Shown here piece by piece: positions 14,395 to 28,272 of a DNA stretch of 64,000 bases. Position numbers and translations under genes: made by a program. The notes beneath the pieces are model-generated. The model saw only the letters and a program-made list of their open reading frames with translations, searched no databases and had not been told where the DNA came from. Each line of letters starts with the position of its first letter. Within the stretch, counting starts at the first letter, position 1. The stretch is taken from NCBI RefSeq assembly GCF_963921235.1, contig NC_086117.1:43214001-43278000 (forward strand). Direction: 5' to 3'. This DNA is from Mobula hypostoma. Lineage: Eukaryota.

Positions 14395-14805
14395 TACACA
14401 AGAGTTTCTGAAATGCTGGAAATCTTGAGCAAAACACAAAATACTGGAGGAACTAAGCACATCAGGCAGCATTGATGGAGGGGAATAAACATTTGAAGCT
14501 TTGTCCCAAGACTCTTCATCAGGACCAGAAAGGAAGGGGACAGAAGCCACAATAAGATGGTGGGGGAGGGGAGAGAGTACAAGTTGGTAGGCAACAGTGA
14601 GAACCAAGGAAGGAGCAAGTGGGGTGAAGTAAGAAGCTGAGAGGTGACCAGTAAAAGAGGTAAGGGCTGAAGAAGGAATCTAACTGGAGAGGACATGGAC
14701 CATGGAAGAAAGGGGAGGGAACCCAGAGAAAAGTAATGGGCAACTGAGGAGAAGGGTTAAGAGGGTGATCAGAACGGGGAATGGAAATAAAAGGGGGAGG
14801 GAGTA
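14395..14805 (-). mobile_element. Decayed Penelope-like pLTR
   Basis: Same purine-rich pLTR sequence and GGTCCTGATGAAGAG hammerhead remnant as the other copies. Confidence 0.7.
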
Positions 14806-15814
14806 GTTCATGACTGAATCAGTGAATCTCTGGAGTTTACACAGGGTAGCTTTTGTAAACAATGTTGAAGAATAAAATATAGAACATGTCATATTAGATC
14901 CACAATAGTGTAACAAGACCAAATTATATTAACAGACTTGGGCAAAGCTGAATTCCATGCAATGGAACTGATACTATCTACCACAAATTGGGTAAATCTG
15001 CTAACGGATTAAACCACAGTAAAGTAATAGATGTTTAAAAAAGGAATTTGCTGTTATACAAAAGCAGACTAGAACTCTAATAAGGAGAACAAAAAATAAA
15101 GAAGTTGTCGATAATTAAAGAGATATCTAATAAAAAGCATGTATCAGGCAGAAAATAAAGTAATTTGAGAAAACAATTAGTAATCGGGAATAGTGACTAC
15201 CAAAATTAGTACTTGTTCACACATTGTTAAAACGTCATATACAAGTACAGATGTCCTATCTTTATTTTCTAAGATTTGGAGTACAAGAAAGCCAAAACTA
15301 TACAAAGCCTCAATTAGACTACACGAATGAGCAGGTCTTAGCATGACAGATGAGATATACTGACTTTTGAGGAAGTGTAGCATAGATTTAACAGAATGAT
15401 GCATAGCCCTGCAAGCAGAGATTAAGAAAGTAGGACTTCATTTAAAATTTCAAGGAAATTAATAAGGTAAATATAGCAAACAAATTTGTGCTGGTTGTTG
15501 CAATCTAAAAGGTCCTCATGTAAAAACTAAAGCCAAGCTTAATTCTGAAAACTATTCTATGTGCTGAAAATTTGGAATTGGTCTCCAAAAATTGCAAGTT
15601 GATGGTAATTCAATTTTTAATTTAAAATCTCAAAATGATATTATTTTTGGTTAATAAAAGTTTAAGGGAAATGAGGAAAAGGTAGAACTTTAGAGTTAGA
15701 TCATGGATCAGTTATGATCTTATTGAATGTGAAAGAGATCCAAGAAGATAAATATTCTAGACCTGGTCTTATGTACCTAATTTAATGTAGCGAGTGACCA
15801 AGATCAAAACACAT

Positions 15815-16245
15815 GTCACAACACGCTAGAGGAACTCAGCAGGTCGGGCAGCATCCGTGGAAACAATGAGTCGACGTTTCGGGCCAGAACCCTTCGTCAG
15901 GACTGAAGAGGGAAGGGGCAGAGGCCCTATAAAGAAGGTATGGGAGGGTTGGAAGTAGAAGGCTGGTAGGTTCAGTTGAAAAACCAGTAATTTGAAAGAC
16001 AAAGGGGTGGGGGAGAGGAAGCAGGGAGGTGATAGGCAGGAAAACAATGGGTAGGAGGAGGCGGAACCATGAGGGAGGTGATAGGCAGCTGGGGGAGGGG
16101 TCAGAGTGAAATAGGGATAGAGGAAGGGAGGAGGAGGGAATTACCGGAAGTTGGAGAATTCTATGTTCATACCAAGCTGAGCTAAACTCAGGTTGGAGGA
16201 GCAACACCTCATATACCATCTAGGTAGTGTCCAGCCCCTTGGTAT
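15815..16245 (-). mobile_element. Penelope-like pLTR (minus) with a short inverted plus-strand EN piece at 16180-16245
   Basis: Near-identical to 58260-58600. Strand switches at ~16180 (CTAAACTCAGGTTGGAGGAGCAACACC). Confidence 0.85.
15869..15904 (-). ncRNA. Minimal type I hammerhead ribozyme motif (best-preserved copy)
   Basis: Minus strand reads AGUC-CUGACGA-A-GGG(UUCUGG)CCC-GAAA-C-GUC-GACU. Core CUGANGA/GAAA/GUC is intact, stem I is AGUC/GACU, and a palindromic ACGU replaces stem III. Confidence 0.85.
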
Positions 16246-17344
16246 GATGTCTATATTTGAGGGATAGCATAATTTGATAGTATGCTTCTTCTGCATTCAG
16301 AGATCATATAGAACACACTATTCTATGTGTAGTTTGAATACAGCAATACATGTGTAAAATAATTTATCAAAACAAATAGGTAACGTAACAGGATACTTAA
16401 AGTAATTGCAAATGATAACATTTTCAAAGTATTAAAGCAAAAGCTTTCCACATAATTTTCACTGATAAAACTCATTGATCAATTTTTTCATTGCTATGTG
16501 CCTCCACAGAACACGCTGACTGGCCCTGCCAGAGCAAATCAGGCCGTTTCAATAAAAGCATTCAGCTAACTCTAAAATACCATTCTACAGAACCCAATAT
16601 TATGGATGGGTGCTTGTTCAGTAACAGATTAAGCAAGCTCAACCTATACTCTCTAGTTTCCAAGAATCTCAGCTGATCTCATTCAAACATATAAAATTCT
16701 TAAAGGACTTCACAAGGTAGACAAAGTTTCCCATCAGCTGGGGAAGCTAGAGCCAGCGATACATTGTTAACAAAATTGAAGGTTAATCATTCAGAACTGA
16801 AATAAACGTTCTCCCTTCTGACTGTGCAAGTTTTCTTCAGGTGCTCTAATTCCCTCCTGCCTCCTCCAAAATAATATGCAAGTAGGTTAGTTGGCAATTG
16901 TAGATTGCACATAGTCCAGATAACGCAGATGAATAGCAGGCGAATTGGATTGTAGTTGATGGGCATGAGACAGAGTAGACTGCAGGAGGTGCAGGACCTC
17001 CTGTATTGGAAGTTAATATAGAGATAAAAAGAAAAATCTTTGTAAGAGGATAACAAACCATTGGAATTAAGACCACTGGCAACAAGTCTTTAGGCAAGGG
17101 TAGAAAATTGCAGCAAGTCTGAATGATCAAACATTGTACGGCCTTTTATGCATCTGGCATCTTTCAGTCTGTTATTGGTAGCAAATCTCAGTTTACAGTG
17201 TATTGCTCCACAAATAAAGCCACAGAACTTCTCTATACAATCAGAAAGACATTCATCTCATTCCAATGTGGTGAAGCATGTATGCAGTTTTGCAGTATTT
17301 AATAGTTTCTCCATTGTGAGACTGCTTTTATTATTTATTTTTTT

Positions 17345-17595
17345 TTAAATTTAGAGATACAGCACAATACCAGGCCCTTCCAACCCAATGAACAAGCATC
17401 ATCCTATTACACTCATGTGACTAATTAACCTGCTAACACATACACCTTTGCAATGGAAAGAAAAGCAGAGCACCCAGAGGAAATCCATGTGATCACAGGC
17501 AGAACGTACAAACTTCTTACAGAAAACAGCGGAACTGAACCTGGTTTCTGGCACTGTAATAACGTTACACTAACTACTACACTATCATGCTGACC
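17345..17595 (-). mobile_element. V-SINE (HE1-like) with CR1-like 3' tail
   Basis: tRNA-like head, V-domain CTGTAAGAAGTTTGTACGTTCT..GGATTTCCTCTGGGTGCTCTG, tail GAAGGGCCTG..GTGCTGTATCTCTAAA. A related fragment lies at ~16790-16935 (+). Confidence 0.7.
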
Positions 17596-18737
17596 TAAAC
17601 AGTGAAATTTCATTGCACAATGACTTTTTGTGAACTCCTCAGTTTAACTTTGTCATACTTAATCACAGAAAGGAATCTACAGTATCAAGTGTAACTGGTC
17701 TATAACCATTAACTGTGCATCATGTAGGTGAAGGACTACTGATAATGCCAACATTTCATTCTGCTCCTGTATATCAATCACCAAAAGTTGATCTTGGCCA
17801 ACAAGGGCTCTTCCTTGTGACAGTTCCTGTCAGGAGCCTGCAAGCATAGCAGCAGTACAACTATTTAACAGGTAAATGAAAATAAAAATAAATATAGATA
17901 CTAGAAAAGCCGAAAATGCTAGAAATGCTCAGCAGGTCAGGTCACGTATGCGGAAAGAGATACAGACCTAACATTTTAGGTCAAAGGCCCTTTGACAGAA
18001 CTGGGAAGGAGAGAAGCCTGGCAAGCTGAGCATTTTGCTTCTTCATTTCAGTCACATAACGACAGCATGTTATTGCATAGAAAATCATAAAAAAAAAAGG
18101 TCATTGCATCCTCAAACAAGAATTCCATGCCAGGAATACTCAGGAATAATTCTACAACTTTGGGAAAATATTTATGGTAATGTGTAGTATGCTACACAAC
18201 CTGGACAATATAAGTGAACAGTGCAACCTGTCACCAATGAGAAATATTACAAGGAGGAAGAGGAAAAAGAATAGAACTAAAAAGATGAGGATGGTAGAAG
18301 GAGAAAACATGTTTTTGACATTGATGGACCCTTTTGCCTTGGTGGTTTATGTGGTCTTATGAAAATTACAGATAGATCTTCACTACATTTCCTTAACTAC
18401 AATGCCAAACTCTTTACGGTTCCTCTCTCAGTAACTATTAAACCAGCCTTTGCTGACTTATCAGTGTTTTCCTCAATTCACTGCAGCTGTAAAATTAAAC
18501 GCCAAGTATGAAGTTTATTCCAAATTTATCACATGAATTACCTAAGAATACACCAATTAACTTTAATTGAAAAAAGGAAATAGCTTCTGCCTGTAAGAAG
18601 CATACAAGAACAATCTGGAATGAATTAGTAAAGCATCTCATTATGATTGGAGAAACAGTGATAAAACAGTAGTGTGGATGACCGGAAATAGTACTGGAGT
18701 CATGTAGGATTAAAAGAGATTTTAGGAGAAATCTTAC

Positions 18738-18788
18738 CTGAGCAACCCTGGTGTGATCATAACCTTCTTCCAATACAGTTTTATGATC
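18738..18788 (-). CDS. Candidate cytoplasmic-tail exon of the type I membrane protein gene
   Basis: 51-nt block with acceptor ttttactctaAG and strong donor CAG|GTAAGA. Open in phase 2 ((L)IIKLYWKKVMITPGLL), which fits the TM exon, and also open in phase 0 (DHKTVLEEGYDHTRVAQ). Not independently supported. Confidence 0.4.
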
Positions 18789-20099
18789 CTTAGAGTAAAA
18801 CTCTTAACTTGGTTATTCCACTTCTTTCCTCAACTGCCATGCATATCGCCTCAGCATGAATGGGAAAGAGGGCCTCTATTCGTCTGCTCATCTTGTTCAC
18901 AGCCTTCATTAAGGAACCACGTAAAGACCTTGGTTTCACTGAATTCAGTAAAATGAAAGAAAAAACGCTTGCCTGGTCTTCATAAAAAGTGCAGTTCACT
19001 TTTAATAAGCAGCAATTCCAGTGGATTTTCTTTCATCCTCAATAGCTGAACTGCCTAAAAAGTACTGACATCACCCTACATATTAAAATATGGGACAGGC
19101 TTAGCAAGTGCATGCTTGATTCATGTGAAACTGGAAAATCACTCCCACAACATCTTGACATACAAGCTCTGTTTACAGAAGCATCTTGCTGCCTATAGTC
19201 ATAAAATTATGTTTTTTTAAATTTATTGATTGCTATCTTCCGTTTGATTAACCACTCAAGTAGATACATCTCCCTTTCTACTCTAAAAAAGCTAGGCACT
19301 GAAATTCTGCAATGATCACTAAGCACAGAGAACAAATCATAAACATGGTTCAATCAGACTAAGGCTCATCTAAGGATCCATTTCCCTTTGTAAATAACAG
19401 ACCTTTCCCTTTTGGACAATGTGCCTTAAAGATAATAATAACAACTTCTAAAAAGTTATAATACAGGGAGTTATTATTCATCTCAGATATAGCAATGAAA
19501 TGAATGAAGAGAAAGATCCTTTGATGTTGCTGTTTGAAAGGTAAATATTAGATAGAACAAGAAAACACTGTTCTTCAGAAAGTACTTTTATTTTCACTTT
19601 AAAAGTTCAACATCATCCACATACAAGAATGTAATCTCGTTTAGACTACATTGTACTCAGTATATGCAAAGATCGTTAACATGATCTAGATTAATTTGAC
19701 AGTCTAAGAAAATGTGAATGAACTAGAAGCAATCCCGAATAAATCTATCACTCATATTCTACAATGAAATATTATTGCTGATTTGAATATTAATGTTGTA
19801 ACTTGTAATTATTACAGGGATTATGGATAGCTGCTCTTCTAAGTGCCATGGAGACTTTAGCTTTCTTACCAGGCTTTAGAATACCAAATGAATGGATTGA
19901 AAAGCTACATTACAGTGCTTCACAAAGCCCCTCATTGCTCATGTTTTGATCAGAAACTTGGATAATGAAGACCCTGAAAGTAATCTCATGGCCATCCAAC
20001 CTTCCATAACCATTTACTAGATACCAGAAAATGCCCCAGAAACTGAGTAGTCAGTCATCATATTAGCTTCTATTGTAGAGGCATTGCAGGATCATCCAG

Positions 20100-20530
20100 G
20101 ATAAATAATATCCCCAAACAACAGGTTCAGACTTTACTCCCTGGAGCATAGGAGAATAAGGAGTGATATGATAGAGGTATACAAAATTATGAGAGGTATT
20201 GGGTAAATACAAGCAGGCTTCTTTCACTGGGGTTGGGTGAAACTAAAACTAAAAGTCATGGGTTAAGGGTGAAAGGTGAAATATTTCAGGGGAACCCGAG
20301 GTGGAGCTTCTTCACTTAGAGGGTGGTACAAAAGTGGAATAAGCTACCAGTGGAAATGGTGGATGCAGGTTTGAATACAACACTTGAGAATTTTGGGTAA
20401 GTACATGGATAGGTGGGGAATGGGCAGGGTATATGGTCCAAGTGTGGGTTGATCGGACAAGGTAGAATAACGGTATAACATGGACTAGATGGGATGAATG
20501 GCCTGTTTCGCTGATCTAGTCCTCTGTAAC
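20100..20530 (+). mobile_element. CR1 3' end fragment
   Basis: LYSLE.RR.R.D.IEVYKI..G..FF..RVV ORF2 C-terminal motifs and 3' UTR. Confidence 0.75.
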
Positions 20531-20955
20531 CTCACACTAGTCACACTGCCGATTCTAGGCAGCTAGCCACATTGCCGATTCTTCTCATGAGGGAAGCAAC
20601 TCGGATGTGTTTGTGCTGACACATCATTCGCTCTTAATTTGGATAAGGTACAAGATCTTAACTTCATACATTATCTTTGATACTGCAGAATAATTTAGAC
20701 AATTTGAACTTACGTTTTTACTACTAATTATGATGGATTGAAAATTTAGTGGAATTTGCCAGCTTCCATGGCCAAATCGGTTTATGTTTCCACAAAATGA
20801 AGCCACATGCATGAAACAAAATACATTAAGATTTAATTTACCGACTCTCAGTGGACAATACTATGACATGTTAATGGATACAAATAAAGGTTAATTTTAT
20901 AACTCTACTTTTAATCTACTTTCCCTACATCTCAACAAACTACAAACGTACTTAC

Positions 20956-21112
20956 AACTTTTGAAGGTTATCATGGAGCAGACGTGGGTACAGGATTAGC
21001 ACAATTCCTGCAATCGTTGTCAGGATACACAGCAGAGAGAGCAGACCAAGTACTGCTACAACAGCTCTCTCATTTCCCTCTGTTACCACATATGAGCAGT
21101 CACAATAACCAA
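20956..21112 (-). CDS. Transmembrane exon of an unnamed type I membrane glycoprotein
   Basis: Acceptor tttcatttgtataatAG, donor TT|GTAAGT, 157 nt, phase 1->2. Encodes (L)GYCDCSYVVTEGNERAVVAVLGLLSLLCILTTIAGIVLILYPRLLHDNLQK with a ~25-aa hydrophobic span. Phase matches exon 34017-34056. Confidence 0.8.
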
Positions 21113-22309
21113 CTATTATACAAATGAAAATAAAATGCCGATTAATTATAATGGCAGAATTGATAAATAGACATTCTACATCTAATTTAGTCATTAAAAG
21201 ACCCAAGTTTACCTGTTATCTTCTATTCACTAGCTGATGTAGTGAATTATGAAACATCCAGAATTAAATTTACAAAGCATACTTCTAAATTTCAATTTCT
21301 TTCTCAGGTCCATCTAATTCTGATTAGGGTTGAATTTGGCAAAATGCACAAAGTGTATCCATGATGACATATGGCTCTCCATATCCTTTTTATTGAGGGC
21401 AGTTCCTCAAAAAAATCTCTGCAGTTTTCACCCCAAAAATGTATGACCTATTATGACACTTTGGGTATTAGTGGTCCAAAATCAAAACTAATTCCAGAGA
21501 ATTAAAAATAAGGGAAAAATCACTTGAGATTTTAGTGATTACTTCCTTGGCAGAAATATTCTGAGTACCTTGTACATTTAAGAATTTAAAAATCTAAGCA
21601 TAGAAGCAAATTGGTCACTAAGACAACAAACAACAGAAGTAGATTCATCACAGAAAGAACAAGAACATGAACATAATGGTAAGTCAAGTGGCTCCTCAAG
21701 CCTACCCTGCTATTCAGTCTGGAAATGACTCATCTGCCCAGGTTTCATCTCCTATTCTAACCAGTTCTGCAAACTTCTCAATTTTTTGATCCTTCAAAAA
21801 TTTATCTACTTTCTTTTAAAATACCCAAAATAATCTAGCCTCCAGTACTCCACCAAGATAGAGAATTAAACAGATTCAACATCCTCATCAAAAAGCTCCT
21901 AAGCACCTGGGTGTTAAATGACTGCCCCTAATCTTATAATTATGTCCCCACATTTGATATTCTCCTCTTAGTGGAAACTCCTTGATATCTACCCTATTAT
22001 GATGCTGAAGGCCCTATGTTTTAATATCATTATTTGTTCTTTTAAACTCCACAGAATATCAATCTAATTTATTTAAATTGTTGACATAACAACGGTAATC
22101 TTAGGCTACTGAATGATATTGATCAGCAGGTAAATTGGACAGGACAATGACAGATAGAACTTAATCTTGAGAAATGAGAGGCGATACATTCTGGGAAAAG
22201 GGTCAAATAAGAGTAGAACATACATCAGGAATAGTAGAGCCATAGAGAGTATTGAGGAACAAGGAGATTTTGATGTACATCTGAAAGTTACTGAATTTGT
22301 AATCACAAA

Positions 22310-23330
22310 AAGATAGGGTGAGGCCAGTAAAAAGGATGCTCGCCTTTTTTCAAATCAGTGTAAAGGGGTATGATTTAATGGCCATTACAGAAACGTGGTT
22401 GCAGGGTGGCGAGGATTGGGAATTAAATATCCAAGGATATCAGGTAATAGGGAAGGACAGGCAGGACGGTAAGGGAGGTGGGAAGGTGGGGTAGCGCTCT
22501 TAATTAAGGACAAGATCAAATTGGTCGAGGCAATCTTGAGGAGGACTTCATAGAATGCATGTGTGATAGCTTTCTTGAACAGCATGTTACTAAACCTACA
22601 AGGGAACATGCTGTCTTGGAAGAAGGCAAATGTCACACCACTGTTCAAAAAAAGGATGTAGACAAAAGGCAAGTAACTATAGGTCAGTTAATTTAACATC
22701 TGTAGCTGGGAAAATGCTTGAGGCCATCATTAAAGAAGAAATAGCGAGGCACCTGGAAAGAAATTCAGCAAAGGCAGGTCTCTTTGACAAACCTACTGGA
22801 GTTCTTCAAGGATATTACAAGGTGCAGTGGACAGAGGGGAACAGGTGGACTTTATTTACTTGGATTTCCAGAAGGCATTTGATAAGGGTGCCACATAAAA
22901 GACTTATCCATAAAATAAGGATGCATAGGGTTAGGGGTGATGTATTAGCATGGATAGAGGATTGGTTAACCAATAGAAAGCAGAGAGTTGGGATACGTGG
23001 GTGTTTCTCTGGTTGGCAATCAGTGGTGAGTGGTGTGCCGCAGGGTTGGTGATGGGCCCGTAACTGTTCACGATATACATTAATGATCTGGAAGAGGGGA
23101 CCAGGTGTAGTTTGCTGAGGACACTAAATTGAGTGGAAAAGCAAATTGTGCAGAGGGTACGGAGAGTCTGCAGAGAGATACAGATAGGTTAAGTGAGTGG
23201 GTAAGGGTCTGGCGGATGGAATACAATGTTGGTAAATGCGAGGTCATCCACTTTGAAAGGAAAAATGGAAGATCAAATTATTACTTAAAATGAAAAAAGA
23301 TTGCCATGATCTTATTGAATGGCAGGACAG
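22310..23330 (+). mobile_element. Internally deleted CR1 LINE (EN and RT fragments)
   Basis: GGGVALLI (EN), NYRSVNLTSVAGKMLE, RVPHKRL..WL.NRKQRV..SGVPQG RT motifs, with frameshifts. Another CR1 3' piece follows to ~23970. Confidence 0.9.
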
Positions 23331-24384
23331 GCTCAACAAGCCAGAGAGCCAACTCTTGCTATTTCTTATGTTCTTCATTAGCTGGAGTACAGAATATAAC
23401 AAAGAAGGTCTTGGTAGAACTTCATGTAATGCTGATTCGGCCATAGATGGAATACTGTGTGCATTTCTGGCTGTCATACAAATGAAGGATGTGATCATGC
23501 AGGGAAGTGCTTAGATGATTAACCAAGCCTTTGCCTGGGATGAAAAGTTTTAGTTTTACAGTAAAAATGGATAAGCTGTGTTGGTTTCACTTGGAACTTG
23601 GGAAGATGACAGAGGATCAGATAGAGGTGTAAAAAAATGAGTAGCATAAATAGATAGAATGAAACATTTCCTTATGCTAAGCGATCTAAGATGGCGGGGC
23701 AGAGGTTTAAGGTGAGGACTAAAAGATTTAGAGGAGATCTGAGGTAGAATTCTTTCACCCAGGAGGTTATTGTAACTTAGAATCCCTAATTGATGGAAGA
23801 AGATATGCTCAAAGATTTACGGATCATCTGACTAAGCACTTGAAATCACCATAATTTACTAGACCATGAAGCAACGACTGATAAATGGAAATATTACAGA
23901 TGGTTACTTCATGATGGCATGGATATAGTGGGTTAAAAGATCTGTTTCTGTGCTGTACAACTGTATGACCAGCATCTAGTGATAGGACAATGCTCTCATC
24001 ACAGAAATATAGCATGGTGAATCTCTTTTATTCTGCCTCCAACACCAATATATCTTTTCTTAAATAAAGTGACCAAAACTTGCATAGTACTGCAGATGTA
24101 GTACTCACCATTATCCTGTACAATTGTAACAATGCTCCCCTATTTCTGAATAAAGGGTTTCAGGCCACAGTGGTAGTTTGTGTCATCATATGTATTTAAA
24201 GTTTCATTTATGCTTTGAATCTAATTAATATACTTATTTTAAAAAAGACTTAAAGGTGATACTAAATGATAAAAAGTATGTTGTATTAGGTATTATAATC
24301 AGATAAAAAAACTAATTATCAAAAACTGGCATGCGCAAAACTGAGATTTGCAGGACTGGGATACGCTGTAAATGTAGTATATAG

Positions 24385-25558
24385 CAGTGGTCCCCAACCA
24401 CCAGGCCGTGGACCGGTACCGGGCCGCAGAGCATGCTCTACCTGGCCACGAGGAAACGATATGATTTGGCGATATGAGTCAGCTGCACCTTTCCTCACAC
24501 CCACTGTTGAGCCATTACGCATGCGAGGTCATTACCCGCTCGTCATCCATTTCAGCGCGGGAAGAAGATCAACTCCTCAAGCTTGCAAATGACGGCGGGC
24601 TGAAAAGTATGACATAACATCTCTGCCGGCATTATGGATCAAAGTCAAGGCTAAATATCCTGAGATAGCCAGGAAAGCACTGAAAACGTTGCTTCCATTT
24701 CCAACGCATCTCTGCAATGAATGCAACGAAAACTTAATTGCGGAATAGACTGGACATAAGGAACCTTGTTCGAGTATCGCTGTCTCTCGTCACCCTTCGA
24801 TAGGACCGTTTTGTTGCAGGGAAACAAGCCCAGGGCTCCCACTGATTCAACGATATTGGTGTGTTGCAATGATTTTATATGTTCATACGGGGAAAATATG
24901 TGCTGCGTGTTTAATATCCAAACGATACTTAAAATGTTATGATACTATTGACTTATATAACTATATAACAATTACAGCACGGAACAGGCCATCTCTGCCC
25001 TTCTAGTCCGTGCTGAATGCTACTCTCACCTAGTCCCACCGACCTGCACTCAGCCCATAATGCTCCATTCCTTTCCTGTCCATATACCTATCCAATTTTT
25101 CTTTAAATGATAATATCGAACCTGCCTCCACCACTTCTACTGTTAGTTCGTTCAACACTTACTTCAAGCTCTCCTGTCCTCCCCTGATAACTGACTTATC
25201 ACTATATTCATGCCAGGAAAATATGCGCTGTGTGTTTAATATTAAATTCGTTAGATAAATCCTTTTAGAAATGAAATTGAGTGTACTAGCTAATTATCAT
25301 CTATATTCCAGTCGTGATTAACACCCCCCCGAACAGAATCGCCAAAAACGATTTGTAGAAAAAAATCGTACACGCATGCACACTGGTGCCCGCGCAAGGC
25401 TTCATGGTCATTGTAGTCTTTTCAGGGAAAACCCAGCCTATTTGACTGCTACTCTTGTCCGTTGACAACCCTACCACCCCACCCCCACCCCCGGCCGGTC
25501 CGCAAGAATATTGTCAATATGAAACTGGTCCGCAGTCGAAAAAGGTTGGGGACCCCTG
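24385..25558 (+). mobile_element. Non-autonomous hAT (Charlie/Buster-type) DNA transposon
   Basis: TIRs CAGTGGTCCCCAACC / GGTTGGGGACCCCTG. Perfect 8-bp TSD GTATATAG (24377-24384, 25559-25566). Remnant WIKVKAKYPEIARKALKTLLPFPT..LRNRLD resembles the hAT C-terminal dimerisation domain. Nested CR1 3' end at ~24960-25145 (-). Confidence 0.92.
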
Positions 25559-28177
25559 GTATATAGAAACTCGTGAAGATAAATAAGTTTTGAACAACTA
25601 CATTTCTATTGCTTTTGCATCTTAAGAAATTTTGGCACACTTGTTGAATTCAAATCTGAGTTTAGAACACCACAACCTTAAAGGCAATAATTTTTGGATT
25701 GTTACTTAAGCCACGTGTAAACTGATGTGGAGGCAAATTAAATCAGAGTTAAATGCACAGTCAAATTATAGTGTGAGATATGAGGATTCTTTTTGCCCTG
25801 ATGCAATGTTACCAATGCTACATAAAAAAAAGAGATGTTCCATTAGAATATATTTAACTTGAAGCAAGGTAGAAGCCATGTTCTACTAAAGCAAATAATA
25901 ATGACAAAATAGAATGTCTGAAATTTCTGTTGAGGGAAATTTATAAATCTAAAACTCCAAAGCAAAACAGTGGTTTATCGACTTAGGTTAAGTAGATTCT
26001 GTCAGGAATGAGCGAGGCATTTAACAGTGATCATGCAATAGTGAAAAGGGTCAAAGTAGAACCAAATGAGCAGTGGGATTTTAATTCCATTAATGATCTG
26101 AAGTTTTAAATATGAATCTAGTCTTAAGCAAAGATGACCACAAAGCAAGCAGAGCAGCGTAAAATTCTACATGGTTCACTACTGCCCTTTAAGGGAAGGA
26201 AATCAGCTGCCTTTGATCTGGCCTATGAGTGACTTCAGACCAACATAATGTGAATGATTCTTAACTGTCATCTGAAATGCCTAGCCAATCATTCAATTGT
26301 ACCATAAATGCCATGTTGAAACTGAAAGAAGCAGATGAAAAACTGGTAAGCATGAAGCATCAACGTGTGCACTAAATAAGGATGCAGCAGTGTTGCTTCT
26401 GCCTAATCTGTCAATGTTGTGGTCACCTTCAGAAACACCTGGTGCCCAAATTGGGACAGTTATTAAAGAGACTCTTCAATCAACAATGTGACATGGTCAG
26501 AGAACTAGAACTATACCTTATATAACAATGTCAGATTTCTATCTCAATCCCTATATGTACATTTTGAACCAACAGAGGACAATTAGAGATAATGGCATAG
26601 TGGGACACAGGAGGCAGAAACACCAGAACTCCTCAAGATTTAACTCCAGACCACATGAAGTCTCATGGCAATGTCAAATATGGGATAGAAGCCTTCTTCT
26701 GATTATTACTTACCCTCTTCTTTCAATCAATGAAGCAGCTTATGTTGAACAACACAGAAGCACTAAAACTAAAATGATATGGAATGTACTCAATGAGAGA
26801 TTTCAGTGCCCATCAGAATGACTTAGTTAGCAGCAATATCCCCAGCTGAATCCTGCATGACCTAGGTGCCAGACTGGGTCTCTGGTTGTTGTGGGTGATT
26901 TAGCTTGAAGTGCATGCCTACTTGATGCTGTCCTCATCAAACTATCTACTTCTGATGTAAATATAAACTACTTTGTAATGATGAACATTAAATAAGCAGA
27001 CAGACATCAACACTAATTTAGTTCACTATCGTCCTTCAGTCCACAACAGAAGTGACAGAGTGACCACTGCAGATTCCTTGTGGAGACAATTTCCATCTTC
27101 ACACCAAGGTAATCTTCTGCTGTATGGCACTAACTTTGTGCTAAAATAGAGATCAAAACAGATCTAGCAGCTCAGAACTAGTTATCCACAAGGTCCTACA
27201 GACAACCAACAACAGCAGAAATGTACACCACTAGTCTCATAACTCACATAATAATCCTCACATTACCATTACTTTCAAGCCAATAGAACAACCCTGGCTC
27301 AATGATAAGTGCACAGGTACATGCTTGTACACACCAGATGTATCTAAAATTGATGTGATATTTGTCCAAAACTTCTTTTCCCAAACATGCTGCCTCTCCT
27401 TATAAGTGCTTTTGGCATTTTCTGTTTCGTTTCACATTTCCAGTTTCTACAGCTTTTTGATATTCAGTTACCTTAACAAGTTTTGTCTCTACACCATCAC
27501 AAATATTTCTTCTGTTCACACTAACCCTCCCTATCTTTGTAACTAAAAATGTTTACCTTATCACTTCTCCACCTCTGATGAAGGGCCCTAGACTTCAGTG
27601 CTGTGCATTTAAAATTACAGATATATATGAGTAATCAGGTAGATATACAGTATATTCTTTAAGTATTCTTGTTTGGTTAAATAATTCTTTGCAGGTTATA
27701 TGTATAAATACATGAATTGCGTACAACAACTAAGATTGGCTCTCTTGTTTTCCTTCAAATTAATTTAATGTTAAGGAGTTGTAAAACATAACAGTGGATA
27801 CAAGGTGTTTTTAAAGCGAACCTGAGACAGCTGTCAACCTGTTGAAGTGCAGCAATACGTTTAAGTACTAAAAAAAATGCAGCGCATGTTATTCTGAAGG
27901 GAAGAGATGATCAATTTTTTTCAAAAAGGCAGAAAATGGAAGAATCGACTATCAAGTGATAATAATCAGAAAAAGAGCAGAAATAGCTGGCTACATCAGA
28001 AAGATAGACATGTTCGATTACTTAACAGGTAACTGGCTCATGTATACTGAGCTAATTGAACAGCATTTTTAAGCAAATGAAGTAGCCAATGAGAAACAAT
28101 ACCAATTTTTCTGAGTGCACTGGATTTGAAGCATACAGTTTATTTTAACTGCTCCAAACAAACCAGCTAAAATGAGC

Positions 28178-28272
28178 CACATACATCAAAGTTTCTGGTG
28201 AACGCAGCAGGCCAGGCAGCATCTATAGGAAGAGGCGCAGTCGACATTTCAGGCCGAGACCCTTCGTCAGGA
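28178..28272 (-). mobile_element. 95-bp Penelope-derived insertion consisting of the pLTR 3' end with a hammerhead motif
   Basis: Matches 11972-12067. Flanked by the 11-bp TSD CTAAAATGAGC (28167-28177, 28273-28283), inside Gypsy gag. Confidence 0.88.

Noticed and set aside
19487-19540. Plus-strand exon-like block (YSNEMNEEKDPLMLLFE) with AG/GT borders
   Set aside because: Isolated, no partner exons or recognisable homology; compatible with chance.
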